This document shows, one piece after another, positions 11,701-26,700 of a DNA stretch of 64,000 nucleotides. The notes under the pieces are model-generated. The model ran no database searches and was not told the origin of the DNA. It was given only the letters and a program-made list of their open reading frames with translations. The DNA comes from Phoronis australis (lineage: Eukaryota; Animalia; Phoronida). The position numbers and the translations under genes were made by a program. The stretch spans positions 434,001 through 498,000 of the forward strand of contig NMRA01000233.1 of the NCBI GenBank assembly GCA_002633005.1. The letters are read 5' to 3'. The number at the start of each line of letters is the position of its first letter. Positions within the stretch are counted from its first letter, which is position 1.

Positions 11701-14700
11701 ACACACCACAACATTACTGTAAAGATTCAGCTAGAGGCAAGGAAAATTATGAATACCAGCCGTTCTTTAGATATGGCCTATCCCTTGTTATTAGTTACCT
11801 GAGTCCTCGGACACCTGAAATACACCACAGCACTAGAGTTTCCCAGGTACTACTTTTTAAACACAGATGAAAACACAGAGAGAGATGTATAACTACTGCA
11901 AAGCTTTGGCTAGAGGCCAGGGAAATTATGAATTCCAGTCTTTCTTTAGGTCTAGCCTATCCTTATTATTAGTTATCAGATAATTTTAAAGATAACTGTG
12001 AAATAATAACCTTTGAAATTGCTTTCAAAAGAACTAACAGAGGCAAAATGTCCCTAAACTACAAAAAATGGACTACGTTGCTCTAATGCAACCACAACTC
12101 AAGTCCCAATATGAAACATAATTATGTAGTTGGATAAACCTCACACCACTCTCAGGTTGTCAACAGAGACATACCAACGTCTCTACAATAACAGCTGCAT
12201 TGCAAATGAAGAGATTGAATTTTATGTCCGTCTTATTTGTTAAACACTAGAGGATCACTGAAGGCTAATAGCCTAAAAGTCGGATATTACACTGTACATA
12301 GATTTCAATATACTTGAACATAAAATGTTTCTTGTTTTTCAGTTTAATGATAAGGCCAAATACTCACACACCACAAAAAATTGGCTAAAAAAACAGACTG
12401 CTGCTTTGGTAGCATAATTGCTATATTGGGACATCCTACAATGTCCAGGTCAATTGTTATGACTTCCCCATAACACATCACAAGAAATCCAATGTGAAAT
12501 AAGACATGAACATTTTCAGTCTTCTATGGAGCTCATGGTTATTTTTGGCTTACTAAACTGCTTCGTTATTATTAATTTTGATCTTATTCAAAAAATGTTG
12601 AACTCTCAATGCGGTGCTTTAATTCAAAACTAACAAACCTGTTCATATTTGACTGGTTCCATCTCACTCTCTATGACTGGCAAAACGTCCACCAGGTGAC
12701 GCTCAAACTTGACCGACTCGACTTCAGCAAACAAGCCACACACGTGAGCAGCCAACCTCTTATGCGCGACCTGAAATAAGTGTGAAAAACACTAAAAACT
12801 GTTGAAATAATAGTAATAATCACAATGAAATCGTAATATCGTTATTTAGAATCTGCAGAAGATGAAATGTATTTTATTTTTGTGTGTCCTTTATATAACT
12901 CACCATGAGATGAAAACTTTAACAGTCAGAATAATACAACATTCTCGAGAATTCCGTCAATTTCTGGGGTAGAAAAACNCAAGTGAGCGTGAACATGACC
13001 TAGATAGGGAAAGTAGGTCATGACTGGGAGTTGGAATATTAATATACAAAATTCTCTTGTAAACAAGAAGTAATTTTGCCTGGTGTAGATTCCAAATGTT
13101 TGCATTCTCATAAGTAAACCAATAGGAGACCGAGCATAATATAATAACTTGAAGCAGATTACCAGTTTTGGATTGCCAAATACATTCATACAGCACTTTC
13201 ATGGTAAATATCCGTTCGTTTGTGTTAATCAATGTTCGACACGTAATTGTGCAATTTCATTGGACAGTCCTGCTGGAAAACAAACTTCATCTTAAGTCGA
13301 TATTTTCTCGAACCATATTCATACGTACTCCAAATCCTGTTCATAACCTCGACATGCTTGCTACTTCGTGTCAAATTACACTCTCTTGTGATCTTGAGCA
13401 GGGCTGTTAACACCTGGTAAAGCATGTGATCAGCACCACGCACTGTTGCTGCATCCTCGCACACCTGAAACACGCCACAACATTACTATAAAGATTCAGC
13501 TAGAGGCAAGGAAAATTATGAATACCAGTCGTTCTTTAGATATGGCCTATCCCTTGTTATTAGTTATCTGAGTCCTAGGACACCTGAAATACACCACAGC
13601 ACTAGAGTTTCCCAGGTACTACATTTTAAGCACAGATGAAAACACAGAGAGATATATAACTACTGTAAAGCTTTGGCTATAGGCCAGGAAAATTATGAAT
13701 TCCAGTCGTTCTTTAGGTCTAGCTTATCCTTATTATTAGTTATCAGATAATTTTAAAGATAACTGTGAAATAATAACCTTTGAAATTGCTTTTAAAAGAA
13801 CTAACAGAGGCAAAATGTCCCTAAACTACAAAAAATGGACTACGTTGCTCTAATGCAACCACAACTCAAGTCCCAATATGAAACATAATTATGTAGTTGG
13901 ATAAACCTCACACCACTCTCAGGTTGTCAACAGAGACATACCAACGTCTCTACAATAACAGCTACATTGCAAATGAAGAGATTGAATTTTATGTCCGTCT
14001 TATTCGTTAAACACTAGAGGATCACTGAAGGCTAAATGCCTAAAAGTCGGATATAACACTGTACATAGATTTCAATATACTTGAATTAAAATGTTTCTTG
14101 TTTTTCAGTTTACTTAATGATAAGGCCAAATACTCACACACCACAAAAAATTGGCTAAAAAAAACAGACTGCTGCTTTGGTAGCATAATTGCTATATTGG
14201 GACATCCTACAATGTCCAGGTCAATTGTTATGACTTCCCCATATCACATCACAAGAAATCCAATGTGAAATAATACATGAACATTTTCAGTCTTCTATGG
14301 AGCTCATGGTTATTTTTGGCTTACTAAACTGCTTCGTTATTATTAATTTTGATCTTATTCAAAAAATGTTGAACTCTCAATGCGGTGCTTTAATTCAAAA
14401 CTAACAAACCTGTTCATATTTGACTGGTTCCATCTCACTCTCTATGACTGGCAAAACGTCCACCAGGTGACGCTCAAACTTGACCGACTCGACTTCAGCA
14501 AACAAGCCACACACGTGAGCAGCCAACCTCTTATGCGCGACCTGAAATAAGTGTGAAAAACACTAAAAACTGTTGAAATAATAGTAATAATCACAATGAA
14601 ATCGTAATATCGTTATTTAGAATCTGCAGAAGATGAAATGTATTTTATTTTTGTGTGTCCTTTATATAACTCACCATGAGATGAAAACTTTAACAGTCAG

Positions 14701-17700
14701 AATAATACAACATTCTCGAGAATTCCGTCAATTTCTGGGGTAGAAAAACTTCTTTTGATCATGCCCAAGACAATTTGGAAAATATGTTGGATTAGCCTAT
14801 GAACATAGAACTGCCTAGCATTAAATACATCTTGCAAATTTCAATTGCTAGGAAATCCTGTTAAGTGACTAATAAGCCAAACCGGGTTAAGTATTTCATT
14901 CATGAAACTAAGTCATTACGAATATCATATTGTATCATTATAACACAAATAATAGCTCACAGCATGTTAACAATAACAGTATTCTTACAAACTTTATTTC
15001 TCAATACTTCAGAACATTAGCACTCAAACAGTGGATGTTTTTGTACTCATTCACCTCCTGGGAAGCACGCAAGACAGTCATTATTCAAATTTCCTTTTTT
15101 CTGAATGTTGACTTGATACAGTGAAATTAACCCCTTGTACCCCAAAACTTTAGCAGTCTACGATGTCTCCACCAGCCCAGTAATACATAGGAGACAGTGT
15201 GGCTCAGTGATTTAAACTCTGGATTCCCGTTGGGAAACCTGGGTTCAAATCCTGGCTTCAGTGGCACACAATCGAGCATTGCACAAAAGCGTCTCCTACT
15301 CCTTTGAGCTCAGCTTGTATGCAAGGGAGTGAATGAGAACCTGGATATAATGCGAAAGCGCTTCCTACAGCTGTGCTCATATTGTTTTAACAGTAATACA
15401 ATACTAACAAAACTGCCAATGCAATCAGACACATTTAACAAATGTCTGAAGATATCCCAAAGCTCACGAGCATATCTTGCAAACAACAGCAGTTCATTGC
15501 CAAGCATGTACTTAATATCTCACCACAACTCATGCAAACAAATCAGACGTCCCAACAGATGTCCTAAAACTCAAGCGCACGTATCACAAACAACTTTGCA
15601 GATGACCCAAAGACCACGGCTGTCTCTCACCTTATCTTCCTTGAACCAGACTAGCACCACGGAAAACAGCTGGTCCCGACGCTCATTATCCAATTTCTCA
15701 AGCAGGGACTTAATGGCCAGTGCCGTTAGCTTTTTGCAGCGCACCGACTCATCGTTGATGAGTTGAGCGGCGAGTGGGACAAAGAAAAGCCCAGCGTTCT
15801 CCAGTAAAAGATTCTGAAGGACATAAAAGAACATGCTAAAGGGATATTCTCGGAAGAGACAATTGTGGAACTAGAACAGTCACGTAAAGAAAATGTTGGC
15901 CTTGAATTTACTGTACTCATACAGTTTACCGCCCATGTTCGGCTTACCGCCCACATATAATTGAACTACCATGCTTTAAGTCCGACGTAAGTGTAGCTCC
16001 GTGAAGGTAAAATCGGTCCTCCGTGCAGTAAACACCCACTCCTGACTTTTCAAAAATTTTGATTTTAATTGCTCACCTCATTTTTTAAGATTTCCAATTT
16101 AAGTGCCCTGGGCAGTAACCCAGACGAGTACGGTACTACTCATCTATCATCAACTTGCAAGTTCCACAAATCATGTTAAGTTTCTCCGCCAGTGACTCAC
16201 GAGCAGTATAATTCTATGTGCAGCAAAAGACCTGACGATTCGCTTCATCGTGAACTGAGTTAACTCATGAATGTGCCATTTCACTAATCTGTAAGCTTTG
16301 ATGCATTCAACTAGACCAAAACAAAATTACACCACTTGTGTGTTACGCATATATCTTATTGCAGATGCTAAAAACTCATTCGAATGATGTCAAATAATAG
16401 CCTACGGTACGACCAAGATTCAAGTCTGAAGTGAAGTCATCTCCTCCACACATCTGTACAACATTACCTGAGGAAAGCTGGAGAAGAGAGTGGCCATCAT
16501 TTCGAGCACCGACTCTCGTCCCGTCTCATGCTCGTACGGCAGTTGGGAAATGTAGAACTCCAGTAGGTGGCGCAACTTCTTGCCTAGTGGATAGTCTAGC
16601 ATGTATATCAGCACCACCTGTAGAGTAAACGAGAAATTAAGAGGTGTAGAAAGGAGGCAGAGACCAAAAAAAAAACAATAGAGAGGACACAAGTATATTA
16701 AGGCTACATCACATTAAATTCATGACTAAATAAAGTAACCTTTGCTTACAAATGACACAACAAGGTAATATAGAGTTCTGGGGCCAGTAAAACAGCTACA
16801 CAAATTATGGGAATGACTACCAGAAATCAAGAAACACGTAGTAAATTTTCAATTTTCCAAAAAATTTGATATCTAGTTCAAATTTTTAATACATGAAATC
16901 TAACTTATGAGACAGTACAGTGACATTTGCAAATTTTAATTGTGTCCTTACGACGCACAGCTCGTCATTTATTCTTTCTTTGGACTACAATTTTGATTGA
17001 AGGACATAATTCACTGGGTAGTCACAAGGCCTTGCCAAATTTAATGCATCTTGTATCAAGTGAAAGCTGCAGCAGGAGTGCGAGAAAGTACTGAAAAGAC
17101 TGATTACAGCATCATAAAACAGCAAAACCAATAATATTCCTTGAAGAAATACTTCGTAAATAATTATGCAATTCATCCATAAAACAACTCTATGTTAAAA
17201 GACGTTCTGCACACCAGACAAACCAGTGGAGTTTCCAGTGCTTTTCGATCGACTCTCACACCAACATATTTCCAGTAACAAAGCTTTGCTTATCTCAGAA
17301 CAATTTTCTAAGATTTGAAAAAACTAACGTCTCCTGCATTATCTCTAAAAAATGGGTCTACATGAATACACTGTGATCAGTGTTTTTATTCGACGCCTCC
17401 CTACCTGCCTACACTGCAGCCGTACATGGGACGACTCGGCAGTGACGGAGAGATTGGCTACTTTCTTCATGAGATCGTGGATCTCTGGCACCATCAGTTT
17501 CCTTGATAATATAGCCTGATCAAACAGAAAGAAGATGTAATACTAACTAATTACTACTGTATAAAAATATTGTTTCGGCTTAAGGATAAGACTACTTCAC
17601 TATGCCATTGCCTCCTTTTCAGGCAAGCTGGACACTTGTGTTCAGAACACTAAGCAGGGCTGATACTGCTTAGTGAGTACTGTCGGGTACCTATGAACAA

Positions 17701-20700
17701 ACTCTGCAATTGAAAATACTTGCAATAATTTTCTTGAATAACAGGAACAAAAATTACAAAAGTTTCAACAACCCATAAATTCAAACATTCTGAAATCCGA
17801 CTCAAAATAGAAAATCAAAATAGATCAAGTATAAGTTTGGAGCACTCATTTTACATCAAGAGCTTATTACAATTTAGATTTCTCAAATCCAAATTTGTGT
17901 TCTCATGACCAATGAAACTGGATGAATATATTACAAAATGACCGGGGTTTTAATCTGATTTAGTAATAAAAATTTAAAATCATTTTATTTGAATGAGTTC
18001 ATTGTAACTCACCTTTAGCAGTCCAAAAGCAGTGGCCTGTTTATTGGTATCCAGGATATCGGCCTCGACATAAGTGAGCAACACCTGTAGTTGACTAGTG
18101 TCTATATTGTGGTACTTGACGTCACGCACCAACACAGTCACTGCCTGTAAAGGTACAAGTTGGTAGCAAACTATGTTTTAACAATCATGGTACATTCAAG
18201 ACACTTCATGAACTAAACACCTACAACTGCTGCATTGAAACGCAAAGTTTCCATGGTAAAACCAGATGACAAATTAGTAACTACATGGTTGTTCTGTCTT
18301 GTAAGAAAGTAAGCAAAATGAGTGAAAATCAAACACCTGAGTGGGCATGGCAAACAGAATTCACTTATTGCATAACAAAATTTCGGTGTATTTAAAGATA
18401 CCAGTAGAAAGTCATTAGTGAAATTCTGTAAAAACCATGCTTAACAAAAACTATTGTGCAAACAGATGACGCTCAAAGGGCCAATTGACCATTTTAAAAA
18501 AACAAAATGCATTCGTATCCCAGAATATACATTGATTTGTGGGATACGAGCCATTAAATCCTGATTCAAGGGCGTGTCATATTGATGACTGTCTGCTTAA
18601 TAAGCTATTGATATTAGTTAAAACCTACCTGTTTACTTGTATCTATATTAAATTCAACTCTTGTTCCTTGAAATGTTAATAACTGAAGTTCAGATTGTAC
18701 ACTAGGTGCTGCTTTGGATAAAAGATATCCCATAATACTTTGTGTATATTACATCTCACGCTATGCGGTCGACCTCAACACAACACATACCTTAAAGCAC
18801 AACACAACAAGCTCAAAGTTATCTCCCTTGGTAACACCAACCACGGCGTAATTCCTCAGCAACACAAAAAGATTGCTGGTAACCTTGAGGATCGACTCTT
18901 TAAGAGACGGCAGTGAGGTGCGCAGTAACCAAGCTAGACATCGCAGCGACGTGCTAGCAATCTGCAAATTAGCGTGATTCAAAGACCGATAAAAGAGGCA
19001 AATGCAAGCCACTGGTGTTACTAGCCAGTCACAACAAAATTTTGACGACAAAGCTGTATATACAAATTTCTGGTGTCATAACATCCACCTTTCATTACAA
19101 GCGTGTATTTGCTCTTGCAAAGTAACACCACCACATTCATGTTTTTTTGTCGAACAGAAATTTAACTAACTGAAATTGGCAACAATAAATTCCATGGAAT
19201 TCCAGATGGCCACACCGCTTTGGCGACTGAAACTAAACAGCTAAGACAATCGGACTTATATTCATTAGGTCACGTGATCTGATCAAGAAGATGGCGGATT
19301 GAACAGGATGAAGTACTTGCAACATATTCCACGCCTCACTGAATAAGATGATATTTACACATATGACAATCAACTTAATGGACCTAGCCTAGAGCACTGA
19401 CGACCTGACAATGTTCTCAAGCCGAGAAACAGTTTCTAATCTGATTAAGGAGCTTGAGCAGATCAATTTTTAATGGTGACTTAAACCTAAGTTGGTGCTC
19501 CACAGAAGGCACAGGGGTTTATTGACCTTTAACATCCTAATTCTTATAAGTTACTTCTAAAATGAAGTCTCCTGCTAAAGGACTGGTATTCCAACCCTTA
19601 GTATGGGTTGCACAACACTTAGTAGAGAGGTGTAACTCTTTCATATGCGGACACCCTTACAATAATCCACAATACACTTATGGAACATTTCGTTCACATG
19701 TGTAAAGTGTTTGTAGTTCTTATGTGTGAAGCAAACTGTTCTCCAGAGTTGTCTCTGAAAATTTGAATCACCTACCCTGACATATTTAGACTGCAAACAG
19801 GTGTTGAGAATGTCCACGAATGGGTCCAACATACCAAGATGGGAGGGGTCAGTGAGGTTCACCTTAGACTGTTTGAGCAGAGAGTTGAGGATCTGAAGAA
19901 TACGCGGTAGCGTTGATTTATCTTCATTCACACATATTTCTATTCATTCCTTGATACAACATTCCATACCTAGCAGTCACAAAATGTAAGACAAATTTTG
20001 CCAAGGGTGTGAACAGGGAACTATTGCTTAACATTCTAACAGTCATATTGCCTTTTTAACACAGATGTGAGAACCTAAGCTGCTCAACTTATCTAGATCA
20101 CTTCTAAGAACTAACATGTGCCTGGGTATTTCCAACGTCAAGAAACCAAATTCAAAGAGTGCTTTCATTTTTATCTGAAAGCGCCTTCACAAAGTGCAAT
20201 AAGTGTGCTTCCATGCGTGTCTAATTTTTTGCCGACCATGTTACCCTTCCCTGTTGTATGTTTCTTATGAATTCGTTCAATACAAATCTATTGTAGTTAT
20301 ACTTGCATGTGTGTGGACAAGGATCAGTCCAAAATACGTACATGTAGACCAAATTCAACCATCATATGCATGTTTGTCTTGGAGCTCATCTTGGGCTTGC
20401 TCTTGCCCCGTGGCAAGTCCTTCTTCAACAAGTAAGTGCTAGGGGGTCGAGCGCCCGCTTTGGGGATGTCGGTTTTCTCAGGCTTACTTCTGCAATAATT
20501 TGAAACAAATTTATAATAATTGGTTTTGCTGGAGACTGTAGTTATGATAAAATGCTAATATCTATCTAGTAGATAATTATATATAGTGGAATATTTTTAC
20601 GAGAACATTTTTTCGAAAGTTAAAAAATAACCTTGAGCACATTTCTCTTCCAAAAGCCTTGAAGTTTTCAGACAATTCATATTTAATGAGGTATAATCAA

Positions 20701-23700
20701 ACATTCTTTTGGTTGTTACTAAAAAACTAACAAGCTGAAAAATGTATCATAGATTTTGAACAACCAGAAAATGCGGAAGAATTAACAAAAATCTAGGTGA
20801 TCGATTTCAACTAAGAATGACAATCACTTGAAATATATCCATTCAAACATAGAGAACCAAAACACTTACTCTTCAGTTGCATTCAGAAAGGGCAAAGTTT
20901 CAGTTGTTAATCCATGCACAAACACCATCAGTGACTCAACAGACAGGCCTTTATTTTCCAGTAATCCAAAACTGATTCGCTTGAGAACTTCCTGCACTTT
21001 CTTGGCCACCTTGTGACTGTGGGTGGAGTCTAGAGCCTAGGGACAAGTAATTGGTTACAAATAATATTACATGACTGTGGGTGGAGTCTAGAACCTGCGG
21101 ACACCAAATAATTGGTTACAAATAATATTACATGATTATGGGTGGAGTCTAGAGCCTAGGAACAACAAATAATTGGTAAACAAATAATATTAAATGACTG
21201 TGGGTGGAATCTAGAGCCTAGGGAAAACAAGTAATTGGTGGCAAGAATTATATTACATGACTATGGGTGGAGTCAAGGGACTGGGAGGGAGTTTCAAGTG
21301 GTTAATGGACAAGAATGTCATCACATGAGAGTAGGCAAGAGGCCAGAGGTCTGATAAGTGATTCGTCAGTAATGTTATTAGACGACTGTGAGCACAGTCT
21401 TAGGGTCTAGGGACAAATCTGAAGTTTAAATAAATGACTGGTCAAAATGTTATTACACAACTGAAAATCGTCTTAGGATGGGCACAGATCAGGGCCTCGT
21501 GACCGATAAACTGCTTAATATAACACACATGACATTTGTTCAAAATATCAAGATTTACTATGTAAGATTGAAATGAGGCTTGCGTACTCAACCATTAGCG
21601 TGACACTACAGCTTACCTCCTTCAACGGTACCACCAAGGTACTCAACGACGACTGACTAATGAAGCTTGCTATAACATGATAGGCATCATAGCTTTTGCT
21701 GCTCTTAGCTTCAGCCAGTTTGCTGACAATACCAGCCACTTCTTTCTCCTCAGCCACATTGCCAAACAGCTCTTCGTTGTAGATCTACAAGAGCCAGATC
21801 AGATTGCTTTAATACTCCAGTTTTGCTCAACAGGCTCGTTCTTATTGAACTTTCTTGCAACGTTGAGGTAGAAAAATGCACTTCATGACTATGACCCACT
21901 CTTCAAAATGTCCGGCACTCCTGAGCTTATCAACAAGCGAAGACCAATACATTAGACATCCAACACTCATTTTTGCCCTTTTTGCCCATTTCTTGGAGCC
22001 AGCGTTCCAACTCAACGTAAAATAATACAAATTTGCCAGCATTACACTGGTGAATTATGTAATGACAGGAAACAAGATAGTGACCAGTACATTTGAATGT
22101 GAAGAAGCACGATAGGTGCTTAACACGTGTTGGATTGTGGGTGAACATTTTAGAATGAGAGTGGTGCTGTGTGTGTTCAGGTTAGGCTAATTAAACTCAT
22201 GATGGCATACTTTTGTTAAGAATAATTTCTATTTTATGTCGCCCAGTGCTCCCGCCACCAAAGACAAACTGACAGAAAAGGCTAAAATAATTAATGCTAT
22301 AGATTTAAAATTGGAAAATGTATAATACACATAACTTTCATCACACGTTTGGGCAATGCATCATATCACAGTACAAAAAAAAAACACTGTATTCAGTTAA
22401 TAAGAACAAGGACTACGAGCTTAATGTGAAGTCATTAGGTATTGGAAAGATCAGAATTTGCCAAATATGAACAAAGGGGTGCTTCAGACAATGGGGCTTT
22501 AGAAAATGAGAGGCTTGTTCAAATTATAAAGCACTGACAGCTTCCGTTCAGAATTAAAGTTTTCCACTCGGATGACTCTCATCAGAAAACTGGAAATAGA
22601 CACTTACCTGAATCAATGACTTCAGCGATGAGTCCAAATCACCAGGTTTGAGCGCAGCAGACACGTTCTTCAGTAACATGTGAACCGTGAAACATAGAAC
22701 ATGCAGCTGCAAAAGGCAAGACAAAGCTTCAAAGTACTGAAGAAATGCTGGACTGATTCAAACTGCTATATTTTCAACAAAGCACGATTAGCACCACAAA
22801 ACCCTTTACATGCTTCAAATCAAAGCACAATATGTTCTGCAAGAGGTTAGAGACCCCCACAGCTGAAATGTATGAGGAATTTTATAGTGCAGGGTAAACC
22901 GTTTTATTTTCACCCAGTGACATTGTGGCAAGCAAATTCCAAATGCTACACTCTAGCAAACTAAGCTCTTCATCAACATCTAAAAACTGACCAACATATT
23001 TCAGGCAAACTGCTGCAAGCAGTCTTCTTCTAAAAGAACCGAGGCAGTGTATGGACCTAGCAAAACAAAGCACCAATCCGAAGGGAGAACTTATTTGAAC
23101 TTTCATTGTGCACAAACGTTTACCTGGTAGCCCCTGGTCAGCGAACCCCGAAGTTCTTTCACGATAAATGAGAAGTATGATGGACCCAAAGCATCTAGAA
23201 TTTTGCTCAGTGTATCACGCGCCACGTCTCGGATATCTTTAGCCCTCGACTTGAGGAACTGGCAGACTTTCAACAGAATACTGGAAAAGGAGACACTATC
23301 ACAAAACCTGGTTTTGCACATCTCACAAAATTTCTAGGTTGGTCGACTTATTTTATGAATCAATTCTCCGAGACAATGCAAAATTAAACACACACCTCCT
23401 TGAGGGTTACAGCGATTGGGACAATTTTCTCCATTATGTGTTACCTTCCTACCAAAATTAATATCCCCAAAACACTGACAAAATAAATACGTCCATTGGA
23501 AATTAAACAAATAAATATCTGTGGACTACGCTTGCGAATAGAGCTTTAATATCAAAACCAACAACTAATTTGACCTTCCTACCCTGGTAGAGTATAGCTG
23601 AGAGTTCCTGACGGAAAATTCTGGAGGAGTTTCACCATGGCAAGAGCAATAGGGACGCGCAGAATTTCACTGTCTTCTACCACATGACTCTTGACTAACT

Positions 23701-26700
23701 TGTGCTCACCTTCGCTTTTAGACTGAAAGAACAAGCAGGAAAATTACTAAGCTCTGATTAAAACATGCTTTCATGTCAAATAAACCACTTAAATGGGCCT
23801 TGTCTGCCATCACAAGCATTCACTGGCAAACTGCTGACAAGCCAATTATATTTACTATGATAACTAAGGTCACAGCACTCAACAATTGTGTTCTAAAATC
23901 TATCAATCAGTATTCATTTTCTTGAACGCTCATGGTGGAATGTATTTTCGCCACAAAATGCTCCACCCAAGCAAAACTTGATTGACAGGTACGACACAAT
24001 GCCACAGCCAGACAAGATCTGCTAGCAGTGGTATCTGCCAATGGGCAAAAATTATAACCAGAAACTGCTCCGACAGGAAATGCACAACTTATCACAAAAG
24101 TTAAGACATTTTCATTACAGAATCACTGGCGGTCACTTTAAATAATTAAGAAACTTTAATACATAGGTTTTACCAAGATTCATCTATTCAACTGGGCACT
24201 TAATTCATGGGGTTCTGTCTGAAGGGGGCACCATGAATTCAGGACTGACACCCAGACAGACCTTCTGAATGAGACACTTGTGGAGGCGCGGCATGATATG
24301 TTCCAGTATGACACGACTGATACGAGCTGCCAGTGCAGGTGAACACTTGATCTTCTCATCAGCAGACATGGAATCTGGCTCATCTGCAGCACCAACAGAG
24401 GGCTCTGTCTCCATGGGTAAGTCACCACCGCTGTCATTATCTGCATCCATTTCAACATCTTTGTCATCTTGCTCCTTTATTTCTGAAAATAAAAATTGGC
24501 ATTGATTGAAGGAAGGATGGACGCTGGTGCTGATGAAGAAATGCATATCCTGTTTTTTTATTATATGAAGAGAACTACAGCACTAAGCAATTCACTAGGG
24601 GGCACAGCGGTAGTCGCATTGGTCTGAAATTCGCCGTCAGCTTTATAGGAACACGTGTCAAATTTCAATAAGATTCTGCAAGGAGTTTAGGAGAAACAGC
24701 AGCGGACGCCGTACACCCAGACAGAGTCTAAAAGAACATATTAAGTGTAACTTAGCTATAAACATCTCCAAACTGGACACCAACAAATCACAATAACACT
24801 GGGGTTCAATCAATTGTACTCTTCACTACAAGAAATTGGTGGTGAGAAATCTAGCATTATGATTATACAATATGAACAGTGCATTACACTCCGAGGCAAT
24901 GTCACGCTATCCATTGAATTTACATGACCCTCACGTCACTGAATGCACTCCTGATCAAACTACACCTTACCCTCTAGAGACACAGCTTGAGGAACAGCCG
25001 GAAGGACATCAGCAGCGGACAGGTCAAAATGGAAGGCATCCAGAATTCCGACGACAATCCTGAAATGTCCGACAACACTTTGCTTCACTAATGCACACGT
25101 TGATTCTATCAATCAGTTAAAAGTTTTGAAAGTATGTGAAAATAATATTGAAATATTCCAAGAAATTTTGCAACTTGACCCATCTAAAAAAACAGAATGA
25201 GAAAATGGATCAAGCAGAGGCCACTTTACATTTAAGGAAATGTGTGCGCCAGATACTTGTAATGGATGCTTAATTCAGTGTATAAAAACAAAAAAGGTAC
25301 AGACCTGACAACAACTTTCTGATTCTCCATCATTTTTGTTAGCTGTAACAGGTATTTCCTAAGCACATTCACATATTTGTTCCAAGGCAGACGCGAGCAC
25401 ACCGCCGAGATTGTCTCTATTGAAGCATCCACCAGGTTCTGAACTTTACTGTACGTCTCGTCCAATAAGAAGGCGGTTGCTATAGGCAACAGGTAAGAGA
25501 CAAGGATGTCCGATTTCATTGTGTGTCCGGACAGGTGCTTGTTAAGCCGACGCAGAGCACGTGCCCGTCGGTGTGTCTAAAAAAGCATTGTTAGAAGTGG
25601 AACTATCACGAGACATTCAAATGCTAGCATCATTATAATCAATACTTCCGACTACTAGTGGCTGGTGACGTTTTGATAACTATACAGTACGCAATCAGAT
25701 CACAAAATTTTAAGTGAACATGGCCATGTGTTTCCATGTACTAAGTGTGCGATCAGTCAAGTAAACTCATAATTGCAGGTGCCTCGCAAAACAAAGTGAT
25801 GTTTGTTGTATTCAGTTGAATAACCAATACTCAAATGTCTTAGTTTACAAAAGACAAATTTTTTTTTGGTTTGATCATGAAATTTTCAACATTTTAGTTT
25901 TACCTGTACCTTACACTTCAACTTTTCAACAGGTATGCCTTACCTGTAATACATTTCATGTATCAAACAGGTTTTTGAATTATACTTCAAGCTCTTATCA
26001 CTTCCTCCAATATAGATGCGTTGATTTTCAAGTTTTAAACATGTTGTCCAACGCGTTTGAATTTCAAGTTTTCAGCATAATTGTCTCACCTGGATATGTT
26101 TCAAGTTCTCAAAGAAGTCTGCCTCAGCGTCTGCGTCAACGAGACAGTACAGCTCGGAGAACACTGGAGCCGATGGAAACTGACGCACAAGGACGGATAA
26201 CAACGACAGAAACTCTTGACGCGGAGACTAGAACAAAATGATGCAACAGTACTATAATTACAACATATCTATTTACTGAAGATGACAAGTTCAATCTAAA
26301 AATCAAAACACACACTGGTATAAAAGTCCATGGAATCAACCGGCAAAGAGCACAGCTCAGTTTTACTTTCTTTTTCTCGATTTTCTGCAGGCCAATGGCA
26401 ATGAGATAGTGTCGCAAAATGTCGTAGTACTGAGAAAAACTGATAGGTTTCTGTCATATTTTAAGTTTCAACAAAAGGCATTAGACAGTTACTATTACTT
26501 TAAGATAATGCTTACGTCTAGGAACTGTACATTTAGAACATGAAAGAGCCACAACTAAGACAAGAAATAAAACAAAATAATTTCATCAATGTCATTGAAT
26601 GATTAAACTGGATGAAAGACGGATATGTCATTGAATGATTAAACTGGATGAAAGACGGATATGTCACAGAAAACCAACTACATAACGCGTCCTTAGGGGA

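Noticed and set aside
15190-15270. Possible tRNA gene (also 47965-48040 and 868-960)
   Set aside because: A/B boxes are present but there are no proper acceptor or anticodon stems. A tRNA-derived SINE explains them better.
19190-19310. E-box plus YY1-like motif cluster as an internal promoter
   Set aside because: A similar block occurs inverted at ~48420-48485, which points to an interspersed repeat remnant.
21014-21275. CRISPR-like repeat-spacer pattern
   Set aside because: The apparent spacers are homologous to each other, so this is a plain minisatellite. It lies in a eukaryotic intron with no cas genes.
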